Source of the DNA: an uncultured archaeon
Lineage (GTDB): Archaea; Nanobdellota; Nanobdellia; Pacearchaeales; GW2011-AR1
Length of the DNA stretch: 52,765 bases
Direction: 5' to 3'
NCBI GenBank assembly: GCA_903831045.1
Contig: CAIKWG010000030.1
Coordinates: 1-52,765 of the forward strand
A model generated the notes under the pieces. That model was not told where the DNA came from and searched no databases. It saw only the letters and a list, made by a program, of their open reading frames with translations. Position numbers and translations under genes: made by a program. Every line of letters begins with the position of its first letter. Position 1 is the first letter of the stretch. This document shows positions 10,628 through 19,758 of the stretch, one piece after another.

Positions 10628-11413
10628 ATGAAGATTAAGGAAAATCTCTCTAAACAGGAATTAGTGCAGAAAATCATTGAAAAGAAGGAATTTTCGGATC
10701 TTCCTATTGAGGATGTGAAAAAAGTATTGATTTTTTTTGATAAACCTCACAGGACTAATGAGGAAAAAATTAAACTTTCTAGAGATTTGCTCAGGAAAAT
10801 GTACAGTGTTTTCGCTTCGGATAAAATTTTAACTAAAAAAAATGAGTCTACAGAATGGTTCCTAAAAAAGCATATTTCTACAAAAGAAAGATTTGAAGAT
10901 TATAAGAAAATTTATGGTAGAATTTTTCAAGGATTTGAAAAAGAGAAAATTAGTGTTATTGACCTGGGAGCAGGGATTAATGGTTTGAGTTATAAATTTC
11001 TTCCAAAAAAAACAAACTATATTGGCGTGGAAGCAGTTGGTCAACTTGTTGACCTTATGAAGGATTATTTCAAAAAAGAAAAGATTAATGGAAAAGCAAT
11101 TCATGAAAGCTTGTTTAACTTGGATGAAATAAAAAAGATTATTTCCAATGTCAAGGATAAGAAAATAATCTTCCTGTTCAAAGTTTTGGATAGCTTGGAA
11201 ATGTTGGAGAGAGATTATTCTAAGAAAATTCTTCTTGAACTAACTCCTCGAGTAGATGAAATTGTTATTAGTTTTGCTACTAGAAGCCTGGTTAGAAGAG
11301 AAAAGTTCAGAGCAAATAGAAATTGGCTAGTAAGTTTTATTGGTGAAAATTTCAAAATTCTTGACGATTTTGATTATGGTTCAGAGAGATATATCCGTTT
11401 TAGTAAGAAGTAA
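10628..11413 (+). CDS. FmrO/ArmA/RmtB-like 16S rRNA methyltransferase homologue
   Basis: By-eye collinear matches to remembered RmtB/ArmA strings: H-x-STKER (KHISTKERFEDYKKIY), SAM motif VIDLGAGINGL, IIFLFKVLDSLEMLE, VISFATRSL. 261 aa. Confidence 0.65.
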   Translation: MKIKENLSKQELVQKIIEKKEFSDLPIEDVKKVLIFFDKPHRTNEEKIKLSRDLLRKMYSVFASDKILTKKNESTEWFLKKHISTKERFEDYKKIYGRIFQGFEKEKISVIDLGAGINGLSYKFLPKKTNYIGVEAVGQLVDLMKDYFKKEKINGKAIHESLFNLDEIKKIISNVKDKKIIFLFKVLDSLEMLERDYSKKILLELTPRVDEIVISFATRSLVRREKFRANRNWLVSFIGENFKILDDFDYGSERYIRFSKK

Positions 11414-11444
11414 GATTTAAATTCTAAAAATCACATATTTATCC

Positions 11445-11681
11445 ATGGTAAAAAAGCCAGACTTAAGTCCAGAGTGGGAAGAAGAGGTAAATGTTTCTCC
11501 TAGGACACTTGAATTAAAGAAAAAACAGGTAGAATTTGAAAAGAAAAAAGCAAGTGGAGATTTTGATTTAGAGATTAGTGAGCCTGCAAAAATGAGAGAA
11601 TATCATTTTTTTAAATGGGTGACCATTGGACTTGTTGTTGCGGGTTTGATCTTGCTTGTTTTGGCTTTTGACCTTTTATAA
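11445..11681 (+). CDS. Small tail-anchored membrane protein, unknown function
   Basis: 78 aa with a charged N-terminal part and one C-terminal TM helix (WVTIGLVVAGLILLVLAF). Confidence 0.4.
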   Translation: MVKKPDLSPEWEEEVNVSPRTLELKKKQVEFEKKKASGDFDLEISEPAKMREYHFFKWVTIGLVVAGLILLVLAFDLL

Positions 11682-11715
11682 AAATCTTTATATATCTTCT
11701 TTGGGATATTGAATA

Positions 11716-12927
11716 ATGAAAAATGAGTTTAAGAGAGTTGTTTTGAAAAATGGATTTACTATTCTTTTTGAAAAAAGAGATTTGCCCTTAGTAAGTGTTG
11801 CCTTTGCTGTTAAGGCTGGGGGAATAAATGAAAAAACTGAAGAGAAGGGAATTTCTCATTATATCGAACACATGCTTTACAAGGGAACCTCTAAAAGGAA
11901 TGTAAAACAAATTTCTGAAGAAATTGAGCGTAGGGGTGGTGAATTAAACGGTTTTACTTCCGAAGAAATTGTTGCTTATTGGTGCAAGATCCCATCTAAG
12001 CATATTGATGTTGCTCTAGACGTTTTGGGGGATATGGTCCTTGATCCTTTATTTGATGAAAAAGAATTAGAAAAAGAGAGAAAAGTTATTTTTGAGGAAA
12101 TTAAAATGTATAAGGATAATCCAAGATTACATGTTTTTGATGAAATTCATTCATGTCTCTATGGCGGAACTCTAGCAATGCCTCTTGCTGGTACTAAAGA
12201 AACTATGAATTCAATTACTAAACATAAAATTGTTGAAAAATTTAAGGAACTTTATACTCCAAATAATATGGTTCTTTGTGTTGTTGGTGATGCAAAGATG
12301 AAAACTTTAGTAGATTATGCTGAAAAACATTTTGGAAAGGAAAAAGGAAAAGTTCCAGAAATTAAATTTGACAGAAAAAATCAAATTAAAACAGAAGAAA
12401 GAAAGGGTATTGATCAAGCAAACATGGTTTTTGCTTTTCATGCTCCAAATGGTTCAGATGATCTATCCTATGCTTCCGTATGTCTAATTAATTTAATGGC
12501 CGGTGGAATGTCTTCAAGACTTTTTAGTGAGATAAGAGAAAAAAGAAATTTGGCCTATTCTGTTAAGGGAGAGGCAGAGATTGGTAAGAGATTTTCCTAT
12601 TGCTCTATATATATAGGTACTATGAAAGAAAATACTGAGCAGGTGCATAAATTGATATTAGAAGAATTTGAGCAAGTTTCCAAGACTCTTACTTCTGAAG
12701 AATTGGAATCAGTGAAAGAACAGATTGTTGGAAATTATGATATTTCACTTGAAGACTCTAGAGCACAGATGGTCAATCTTCTTGCTGCTGAGCTTGAAGG
12801 AGATGCTTCACGAGTTTATGACTTTGAAAAAAAAGTTAGGAAGGTTAAACTTGAAGATGTAAAGAAATTTGCTAAGAAAGTTGCTGAGGGAGATTATAGT
12901 TTATTTTCTCTGGTTCCTAAGGATTAA
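11716..12927 (+). CDS. M16 (pitrilysin) family zinc peptidase
   Basis: Inverted zinc motif HxxEH (HYIEH) near the N-terminus. 403 aa with a two-domain M16 layout. Confidence 0.85.
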   Translation: MKNEFKRVVLKNGFTILFEKRDLPLVSVAFAVKAGGINEKTEEKGISHYIEHMLYKGTSKRNVKQISEEIERRGGELNGFTSEEIVAYWCKIPSKHIDVALDVLGDMVLDPLFDEKELEKERKVIFEEIKMYKDNPRLHVFDEIHSCLYGGTLAMPLAGTKETMNSITKHKIVEKFKELYTPNNMVLCVVGDAKMKTLVDYAEKHFGKEKGKVPEIKFDRKNQIKTEERKGIDQANMVFAFHAPNGSDDLSYASVCLINLMAGGMSSRLFSEIREKRNLAYSVKGEAEIGKRFSYCSIYIGTMKENTEQVHKLILEEFEQVSKTLTSEELESVKEQIVGNYDISLEDSRAQMVNLLAAELEGDASRVYDFEKKVRKVKLEDVKKFAKKVAEGDYSLFSLVPKD

Positions 12928-13640
12928 TTTTTCTTAAATTCTCTTTCGCAAATTTCTCTAAACTCAGAAGCTCGTTTTCCTAGAAATTTTTTTAATTCAT
13001 CTTCTGATGCGCTTAATACATTTCTAATTGTTTTAAACTCCTTTAGGAGTTCCTCTGATTTTTTTGGCCCTACATTTGGAAATCCTTCTAGTATAAAACT
13101 CAGTCTTTCATCAGGACTTAGATTTCTTTTTGATACATTAAATGACATTGGAGTTTCTTTTTTATTCCAAAGAATTTTTAGATAGGTTGCTGTTTCTTCT
13201 TGATCTTTTGTGAAGATAACTGGAACTTTAAATTTAAGAGTTATTGTTAAAAGGAAACCTCTGATAGCATTTGGATTTATTCCAATTCTTTCTAATTCCT
13301 CTTGTGAGCCTTCTATTAAAAGGAGCTGTTGAGGATATTGAGACATTTCTTCTAATTGCTTGAATAACCTTTTGTTTATCATTGAGTTCACAAAATCTGA
13401 AATTGTTTTTCTTTCAATGGCAGTGTTATTGATAATATAGTCGGCTACTTTTAATTGTTGAAATTCTATTGGAATTTCCATTTTTATTAATTCTGATGGA
13501 ACCAAAGAATTGCGTTCTCTGTTATCCACGATTATCTTAGAGATATTCTTATTTTTTTCTTCCTGTGAAGAAGAAATTATTTTTTTTTGAGAAGGTTTGT
13601 GAAAAATATCACTAATCTGCTTTTGATGTATCACTTTCAT
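12924..13640 (-). CDS. XPF/Hef-type ERCC4 nuclease with C-terminal (HhH)2
   Basis: ERCC4 motifs VDNRE and IERKTISDF. Helix-hairpin-helix tail GFPNVGPKKSEELL. 238 aa with no helicase domain. Confidence 0.8.
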   Translation of the reverse strand: MKVIHQKQISDIFHKPSQKKIISSSQEEKNKNISKIIVDNRERNSLVPSELIKMEIPIEFQQLKVADYIINNTAIERKTISDFVNSMINKRLFKQLEEMSQYPQQLLLIEGSQEELERIGINPNAIRGFLLTITLKFKVPVIFTKDQEETATYLKILWNKKETPMSFNVSKRNLSPDERLSFILEGFPNVGPKKSEELLKEFKTIRNVLSASEDELKKFLGKRASEFREICEREFKKN

Positions 13641-14679
13641 TTTTTCTTACTCCGTGAGCAACGCTTTCATTTAATCCATGTAAAGAGATTTCCATAAAAT
13701 CTGCTTTGCCTATTATTTTTTCCATTTCATCCGCTCCCATGTAGGTCATTCCAGAAGCCAATCCCCCAAGGAATTTTTTTACTACCTTCTCTACTGGTCC
13801 TTGACATTCAACCAGTGTCTTTGCTCCTTCGATGCTTATTACCTCTTTCTTTTCTCCTTTGTCTAGGTTCATTTTTTTAATTGTTGCATCATAACTTGCC
13901 ATTCCTCTGTAAACTTTAAAATATTTTTTTCCTTTTTTTATTATCTCTCCGGGAGTTTCTAGGCATCCTGCAAAAATTCCTCCAGACATAACAGTGTTAG
14001 CACCAGCTCCTAATGCCTTTACGAGATCTCCAGGATATCTTATGCCTCCGTCAGCACATATTGGTATTCTTCCTTGAGTTGCTTCATAGGAATCCATTAT
14101 AGCTGTAATGTGAGGCACTCCTGCTCCAGTCATTACTCTTGTTGTGCACATTGATCCTGGTCCAATTCCAACTTTAATTGCATCTGCACCTTTGCTTAGA
14201 AAATATTCTGCTGCATCTTTTGTAGCAATATTTCCTGCCATTACATCAATTTTAGGATGATTCATTTTAAGATAATCTACTGCTTTTCCTGCTCGCTTTG
14301 AATGACCGTGTGCAATGTCTAAAACTAAAATATTTACTCCTGCTTTTTCTAATTCTTTTACTCTCTCTTCATAATCTTTCAATCCAATTGCAGCTGCAGC
14401 AATTAATCTTTGAGCTTTTACTTTTCTAACCTGATTTGCTTGTTCTTGAATTGTCATAAATCTATGAATAACTCCAAGTCCTCCAAGTTTTCCTATTGCA
14501 ATGGCCATTTTGGCTTCACAAATAGTATCCATATTTGCTACAAGTAGAGGAATATCTATCTCATAATTTTTTGTAACCTTCGTTTTAAATCCAACATCTC
14601 TTCTAGAATTAATTTTATTATATTTGGGAACAATTAAAACGTCGTCAAAAGAATAGCCCTTTCCAATAATTCTTGCCAT
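13612..14679 (-). CDS. guaB: IMP dehydrogenase / GMP reductase family protein lacking the CBS subdomain
   Basis: Catalytic loop [16 protein letters not shown]-like N-terminus ([18 protein letters not shown]). At 355 aa there is no room for CBS pairs. Confidence 0.72.
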   Translation of the reverse strand: MARIIGKGYSFDDVLIVPKYNKINSRRDVGFKTKVTKNYEIDIPLLVANMDTICEAKMAIAIGKLGGLGVIHRFMTIQEQANQVRKVKAQRLIAAAAIGLKDYEERVKELEKAGVNILVLDIAHGHSKRAGKAVDYLKMNHPKIDVMAGNIATKDAAEYFLSKGADAIKVGIGPGSMCTTRVMTGAGVPHITAIMDSYEATQGRIPICADGGIRYPGDLVKALGAGANTVMSGGIFAGCLETPGEIIKKGKKYFKVYRGMASYDATIKKMNLDKGEKKEVISIEGAKTLVECQGPVEKVVKKFLGGLASGMTYMGADEMEKIIGKADFMEISLHGLNESVAHGVRKNESDTSKAD

Positions 14680-14736
14680 ACTTTAAAACTTATGATTTTT
14701 TTCTTTTATAAATTTATATGGTCTAGAATAAATGGC

Positions 14737-15843
14737 TTAATTTTTTTTGAATCTACCTAATTCTTGGTTTTTCTTAATTTCTTTCATGATAGTTTGATAA
14801 ATTGGATTATCTGTTGTTTCTCTTCTTATTTTCTCTAAATCTCTAAAAAAATGATTCTTATTTTTTATCATAAAGTTTTCTAGTTCTTCTTTTGAAGGAA
14901 AAACATTATTTCCTGAATAAAATCTTACAACTGGGTGATTAAAATAATCTTTTTCTTTACTTAGAGTAAGTGTATAAATTAATTTAGACATCATCCACAT
15001 TGTCGCTTGTTCTGCAGGTGTTCCCCAGGTCCAATTGTCATCTAGAATAACAATTCCTCCTAAAATATCTTTTCTTGAAATTTGTTCTAAATCTCCTGCA
15101 TACAACTTGGTTACCTGTTCTTTTAATTGAGAATATTTTTCTTTTCCCATGTCTCCAAATTCTGTTTCAAGTGTAGAACATTCATAAAAAGGATTAACTA
15201 ATTGTACTCCTGTTCTTTCTTCAAATCCTGCCTCCCATTCTCTAATCTCTTGACGTGATTCGGTTGGATGAGCAAGATAAAATCTTGGGGGATTCATCTT
15301 CTGATTGTAATCAATTATTTTCTTTTTTACTAATTTAAAAACTTCTTCGGGAGTTCTATGAGTGGTATCTAATATAACATCAAAATTATTTTCGTCATAG
15401 CAATTTTCAAGGTTGTATATTGTTTTATATCTTTTAATATCGCTTTCACATCTTCTTCTATTTGCATTAATCATTTCTTCTAGAGTTATTCGTGCTCTTT
15501 CGCTTTCACGTGCTGCTTCTTGTATTCTTCTAGCACCTTCAATAGGATCTACAGTAAGAAATATTTTTATTGATTCAGGAATAAAAAAATAAGACAATCT
15601 TCCATCCAAAATAAAATTTTTATTTTCTTTTGCCCATTCTTTTTGATATTCATCTGCTTGAATATCGGTTATTGAATTTTTCTCTCCCAGTTCATTAAAC
15701 TCTGCTATGGACATTCCTTGTTTTTGAGCATATTCTCTTCTTAGTCCCCCCACCGAGAATGCTGGAAGTTTGTATTCTTCACCTAATCTTTTTATTAGTG
15801 TTCCTTTTCCCGCACCTGGAAGTCCAGAAATTGTTATTTTCAT
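14737..15843 (-). CDS. Fusion: archaeal-type cytidylate kinase + nucleoside 2-deoxyribosyltransferase-like domain
   Basis: N-terminal P-loop MKITISGLPGAGKGT with an archaeal Cmk layout. The C-terminal ~185 aa carry FYLAHP and a GT-x2-E string (WGTPAEQ) resembling the NDT/Rcl fold. Confidence 0.65.
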   Translation of the reverse strand: MKITISGLPGAGKGTLIKRLGEEYKLPAFSVGGLRREYAQKQGMSIAEFNELGEKNSITDIQADEYQKEWAKENKNFILDGRLSYFFIPESIKIFLTVDPIEGARRIQEAARESERARITLEEMINANRRRCESDIKRYKTIYNLENCYDENNFDVILDTTHRTPEEVFKLVKKKIIDYNQKMNPPRFYLAHPTESRQEIREWEAGFEERTGVQLVNPFYECSTLETEFGDMGKEKYSQLKEQVTKLYAGDLEQISRKDILGGIVILDDNWTWGTPAEQATMWMMSKLIYTLTLSKEKDYFNHPVVRFYSGNNVFPSKEELENFMIKNKNHFFRDLEKIRRETTDNPIYQTIMKEIKKNQELGRFKKN

Positions 15844-15907
15844 ATTTTTTTCATGTGCTTGAGATTATAAAGTATTATTAGACTGGAATATATAGATTGA
15901 AAGATTT

Positions 15908-17449
15908 TTACAATGTTGACTGCTCTTCAATTTTTTCGTTCTTTTTCATTTGGTCTCTTACTGTTTCAATTGAAGTATGCATTTTCTTTTCTCGTGCTCT
16001 TGCGGCATAGTAGGAAAATTGATCTTTTGTGTTTTCAGTTATTAGCATTACCAATTTACCTTTACTTAATCTTGCTGTTCTACCTCTTCTCTGAATTGAC
16101 CGAATTGCTGAGGATATTGGTTCATAGAAAACAACCATACTTACTTCTGGAATATCCAAACCTTCTTCTGCAATGCAAGTTGCACAGAGCACATTTGTTT
16201 TATTTTCTCTAAACTCATCAATTATTTTCTTTTGTTCTTTTTGGTTTAATCCAATTCCTTCTTTTTTTGCTTGTCCAATGAAAACTTTTGATTTAATCTC
16301 TGGAATTTTTTCTAATTCTTTTGAGAGGATATGAGCAGTATCTCTAAATTGTGTAAATATTAATATTTTTGATTCGACATTTTTTGTAATTTCTATTTTA
16401 ACTAATTTAATGAGCTCTCTTATTTTTGGATGTTCTCTTCCACTATCTAACAAACTTGTTGCGTATGCAAAGGCAACATTAAATTCTTTTTTTGTAACTA
16501 ACTTCATAACCCCCCTGCTTTGATGTTTTGAAGCTTGAGCATAAATGTCTTTTAAATATTTCTGAAAGCTTTGAAGCGTTTGAGTTTCTAGGAGCTCTAT
16601 TGCATGTAAAAGTTTTACTGCTTGTGCACAGCTACTCATTGCAATGTAAGTATCAGGATGTTTGTAGCCTCGTGAAACTTGATCTCCAAGTTTTTTTTGC
16701 AGTTGAATTAGAGCAATTTTATTATCCGGACCGAATAGCACATTTCTCATCTTTAAATCTTGAATGTATTCATCATAGAGAATTTTTAATAATTTTTTTA
16801 TTTCTGAAAATTCTGGTGGAAAAGCAACCATTATCTTTTCAAATTCCAGTTCCTGTAAATATTTTTTAACATCCTCACTTTCTCTGGATCTAAGCTCTAA
16901 CTCTTCTATGGAAAGATTTTTGCAAATTTCTCTTATTTGTTTAGGGTCGCTTCCAGGAGAAGCAGTAAGACCAATTAATCTTGGATTTTTTGCATTTTCT
17001 AAATAGTTCTTTGCAATATAATTATAATCATAATTCTTTACACATCTGTGAGCTTCATCTTCTACTAGCAAGGATACTTCATCTAAACTGTAAAGTTTAT
17101 TTTTCAAATCATTTGCAATGCATTGGGGTGTTGAGAAGATAATATCTGCTGTTTGCCATATTTTCTTTCTTTCTTCTGCTTTGACTGTTCCTGTAAAAAG
17201 TTGAATATCAGCAAATAGTTCTGGAAGATTTTTTTTAAAGTATTCTTCATGCTGTTCTGCTAGGGGTTTTGTTGGAGCAAGCATTAGAATTTTAGATCTT
17301 GGAAACTGCTTCATTCTTTCAATTGCTACCATGAGTGCAATTAGAGTTTTTCCCAGACCGGTTGGAAGAACTACCAAACAATTTTTTATTAAACAAGTTT
17401 CTGTAATTTTTTGTTGATATTCCCTTGGTTCTATTTTAAGAAAGTCCAT
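15908..17449 (-). CDS. Hef/FANCM-type SF2 helicase (helicase part only)
   Basis: Motif I PTGLGKT, motif II VEDEAHR, motif VI QRRGRTAR, with an inserted domain between the RecA lobes. 513 aa with no nuclease domain. Confidence 0.85.
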   Translation of the reverse strand: MDFLKIEPREYQQKITETCLIKNCLVVLPTGLGKTLIALMVAIERMKQFPRSKILMLAPTKPLAEQHEEYFKKNLPELFADIQLFTGTVKAEERKKIWQTADIIFSTPQCIANDLKNKLYSLDEVSLLVEDEAHRCVKNYDYNYIAKNYLENAKNPRLIGLTASPGSDPKQIREICKNLSIEELELRSRESEDVKKYLQELEFEKIMVAFPPEFSEIKKLLKILYDEYIQDLKMRNVLFGPDNKIALIQLQKKLGDQVSRGYKHPDTYIAMSSCAQAVKLLHAIELLETQTLQSFQKYLKDIYAQASKHQSRGVMKLVTKKEFNVAFAYATSLLDSGREHPKIRELIKLVKIEITKNVESKILIFTQFRDTAHILSKELEKIPEIKSKVFIGQAKKEGIGLNQKEQKKIIDEFRENKTNVLCATCIAEEGLDIPEVSMVVFYEPISSAIRSIQRRGRTARLSKGKLVMLITENTKDQFSYYAARAREKKMHTSIETVRDQMKKNEKIEEQSTL

Positions 17450-17498
17450 AGTTGGCTTTAGAATTTAGTGTTTATATTTTATATGGTGATAATTTTAT

Positions 17499-18149
17499 CT
17501 AGATTACTAAAATTACTGCTAAAGCTCCAATTGCAACAATTGCTGCTAAAACTGTCCATAGAACTGTGTTTCCAAAGAATATTTTGCTTCCATCTAAATT
17601 TGATAATGGAATCATATTAAAGAATGCAAATCCTAGGTTCAGTGCTGCAAAGTTTTCATATCCAATTAGATATCCTAAAACTGCAAAGATTAGATTACCA
17701 AGAATTCCTGCTACAGCGATGTATCCCATTTGTGCTTCTGTAACTTCCGAGAATGAATATACTCCGTGTCTTTTTGCTGCTCTGTAAACCTTTCCTTTTA
17801 CATCAAAGGTAAATGCTGCAAGCCAATTTACTCCTAGCATTCCAAGTCCCTTAGTTAGTGGCCAGGTTATTATTTTGATTATAACTGGTAAAATCAATCC
17901 AATTTGAACTGGTTTTTTGAATTTTTGATGGGGTTTAAGCCCAAATCTTGTAAATTCCCAATGTTTTATTTCTATTTCAGTATCCCAAAAATAACTTGCT
18001 GCTTTTTTGAATAAAATATTAATCATAATTACTAGAAATATTGAAAGTAGGGAAATTAAAAATAAATTTTTTAAATCTGTCAGAGCTATTGTAAATCCTA
18101 GAACTAGCGTCGTTGTTATAATTACTAAAATTTCATTTTTGTTGAACAT
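17499..18149 (-). CDS. S2P/M50-like polytopic membrane protein without HExxH
   Basis: C-terminal motif FNMIPLSNLDGSKIF matches the S2P NxxPxxxLDG signature. No HExxH occurs anywhere in the ORF. Start trimmed from 18284 to the ATG at 18149 (MFNKNEIL). Confidence 0.5.
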   Translation of the reverse strand: MFNKNEILVIITTTLVLGFTIALTDLKNLFLISLLSIFLVIMINILFKKAASYFWDTEIEIKHWEFTRFGLKPHQKFKKPVQIGLILPVIIKIITWPLTKGLGMLGVNWLAAFTFDVKGKVYRAAKRHGVYSFSEVTEAQMGYIAVAGILGNLIFAVLGYLIGYENFAALNLGFAFFNMIPLSNLDGSKIFFGNTVLWTVLAAIVAIGALAVILVI

Positions 18150-18249
18150 GTATTTCTTAGGATTTGTTTTTTTATAAATTTGATTGTTTTTTAGATAGTA
18201 TCTTTTTGAGTATGGAAAACTATTTAAATAGAACTTGATATTTCTAATT

Positions 18250-18522
18250 ATGAAAATCCAAAAAGTTTCAGACGTTTTAGGCAAAAGAGTTTATACAGAC
18301 TCTGGAAGTTACTTTGGAGAAGTAGAAGAAGCAAATCTTTTCGAGAACAGAGTAGATGGCTGGAGAATCCGAGTGGGTGCTGGCGTTACAACTGTTTTAG
18401 GGGGCGCAAGAGGGGTTATAATTCCTCATCAATTTGTAAAATCGATTAACGACGTTTTTATAATAAATAGTGCTGCCCTTCCTAGTGCCGGAGCCGGCCT
18501 AGAAGAAGTACCAACAGATTAA
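18250..18522 (+). CDS. Stand-alone PRC-barrel domain protein
   Basis: 90 aa. The DVLGKRVYTDSGSYFGEVEEANLFENRVDGWRIRVG pattern is typical of PRC barrels. The TTG at 18235 was trimmed to ATG 18250. Confidence 0.6.
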   Translation: MKIQKVSDVLGKRVYTDSGSYFGEVEEANLFENRVDGWRIRVGAGVTTVLGGARGVIIPHQFVKSINDVFIINSAALPSAGAGLEEVPTD

Positions 18523-18526
18523 GATT

Positions 18527-19024
18527 ATGGCAAACATTCTACAATCAGAAGTAATGACTCAGTTCATATACCCGTTTTTGTTAATTTTCTTTATAGTCTT
18601 TGCTATATTAGAAAAGACCAAAATGTTTGGTTCAGATAAGAAGCAAATTCACGCTCTAATTTCTTTAGTTATATCTCTAATCTTTGTTAGTGCAATCTTT
18701 CCAAAGATTATTGTTAGCAATTTAATGTTGTTCTTAGTATTAGGTTTGGTAATTATATTTGTAGGATTATTAATGTGGGGCTTTATTTCTGGTAAAGAAG
18801 CTGGAGAAAATTTAATCGGAGCAAAGACATTAAAATGGTTTGGAGGATTTTTGATTCTAGCAATTGTTGTTGCAGTAGTTTGGGCTTCTGGTCTTGGAGG
18901 AAGTTTTCAAAAGATTTTTGATTTTATGTTTAATAGCCCAGATAGTGCAAAGTTCTGGACTAATTTTTTAATTGTAGCATTTGTTATTGGAGCAATATTC
19001 GTAGTTTTGAAAAATAACAAATAA
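18527..19024 (+). CDS. Polytopic membrane protein, unknown function (paralogue of the next gene)
   Basis: 165 aa with 4-5 hydrophobic segments. It shares PFLLIFFIVFAILEKTKMFG with PFLFIFALVYGLLSKMNLFG in 19065..19685. Confidence 0.5.
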   Translation: MANILQSEVMTQFIYPFLLIFFIVFAILEKTKMFGSDKKQIHALISLVISLIFVSAIFPKIIVSNLMLFLVLGLVIIFVGLLMWGFISGKEAGENLIGAKTLKWFGGFLILAIVVAVVWASGLGGSFQKIFDFMFNSPDSAKFWTNFLIVAFVIGAIFVVLKNNK

Positions 19025-19064
19025 TTTCAGAAACATATATAAATAATATTTCCTAATCAATAAT

Positions 19065-19685
19065 ATGGTAAACGAGGTGTTCTTAGCATTCTATTCTTCA
19101 ATAGGTGGCGGAGCAATTGGAGATTTATTGTTTAGATGGGAACAGGCTGGAGTTTTTAGTTATGTTCTTCCATTCTTATTTATATTTGCACTAGTTTATG
19201 GTTTATTGTCGAAGATGAATCTCTTTGGACATAAAACTTCCGATGGAAAGGAAGGAAGTAGAGGAATTAATGTTGTTCTTTCTGTTGCAGTTGCATTGAT
19301 GGCATTACAGTTTGATCTTGTTTCAATTTTCTTTGCAGAAATATTTCCAAAAGTTGGAGTAGGTTTAGCAATTATTTTTGCATTATTTATTATTGTAGGT
19401 TTATTCTGGCCAAGTCATGGTGGATTTAATTGGGTTATGATTATCTTTGGACTTTTAGTTGTAGCATATATCATATTTAGTTCACTTGGAGTTTTGGGAA
19501 GTCTATTTGGTCCTTCATTTAGTGCAATGGGCTTCGGTGGATGGGATTGGGGAACTATTATTGCAGTAGTAGTATTCGTAGGATTGTTTATTGCAATTAT
19601 TGCTCCAAAGAGCAATAAGCAGTTAGCAGCTCCGGATAATTTATTATTGAGAAGCTTATTTGGTAATCCTGGGGGTAGACCGTAA
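19065..19685 (+). CDS. Polytopic membrane protein, unknown function (paralogue of the previous gene)
   Basis: 206 aa, hydrophobic, with a first helix homologous to the one in 18527..19024. Confidence 0.5.
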   Translation: MVNEVFLAFYSSIGGGAIGDLLFRWEQAGVFSYVLPFLFIFALVYGLLSKMNLFGHKTSDGKEGSRGINVVLSVAVALMALQFDLVSIFFAEIFPKVGVGLAIIFALFIIVGLFWPSHGGFNWVMIIFGLLVVAYIIFSSLGVLGSLFGPSFSAMGFGGWDWGTIIAVVVFVGLFIAIIAPKSNKQLAAPDNLLLRSLFGNPGGRP

Positions 19686-19758
19686 ATATTTTTAAATGAC
19701 TTAGGATAATTATAAATCTGTTAACATTAAATGAGTTGAAATTTATTTTAGAATATGT

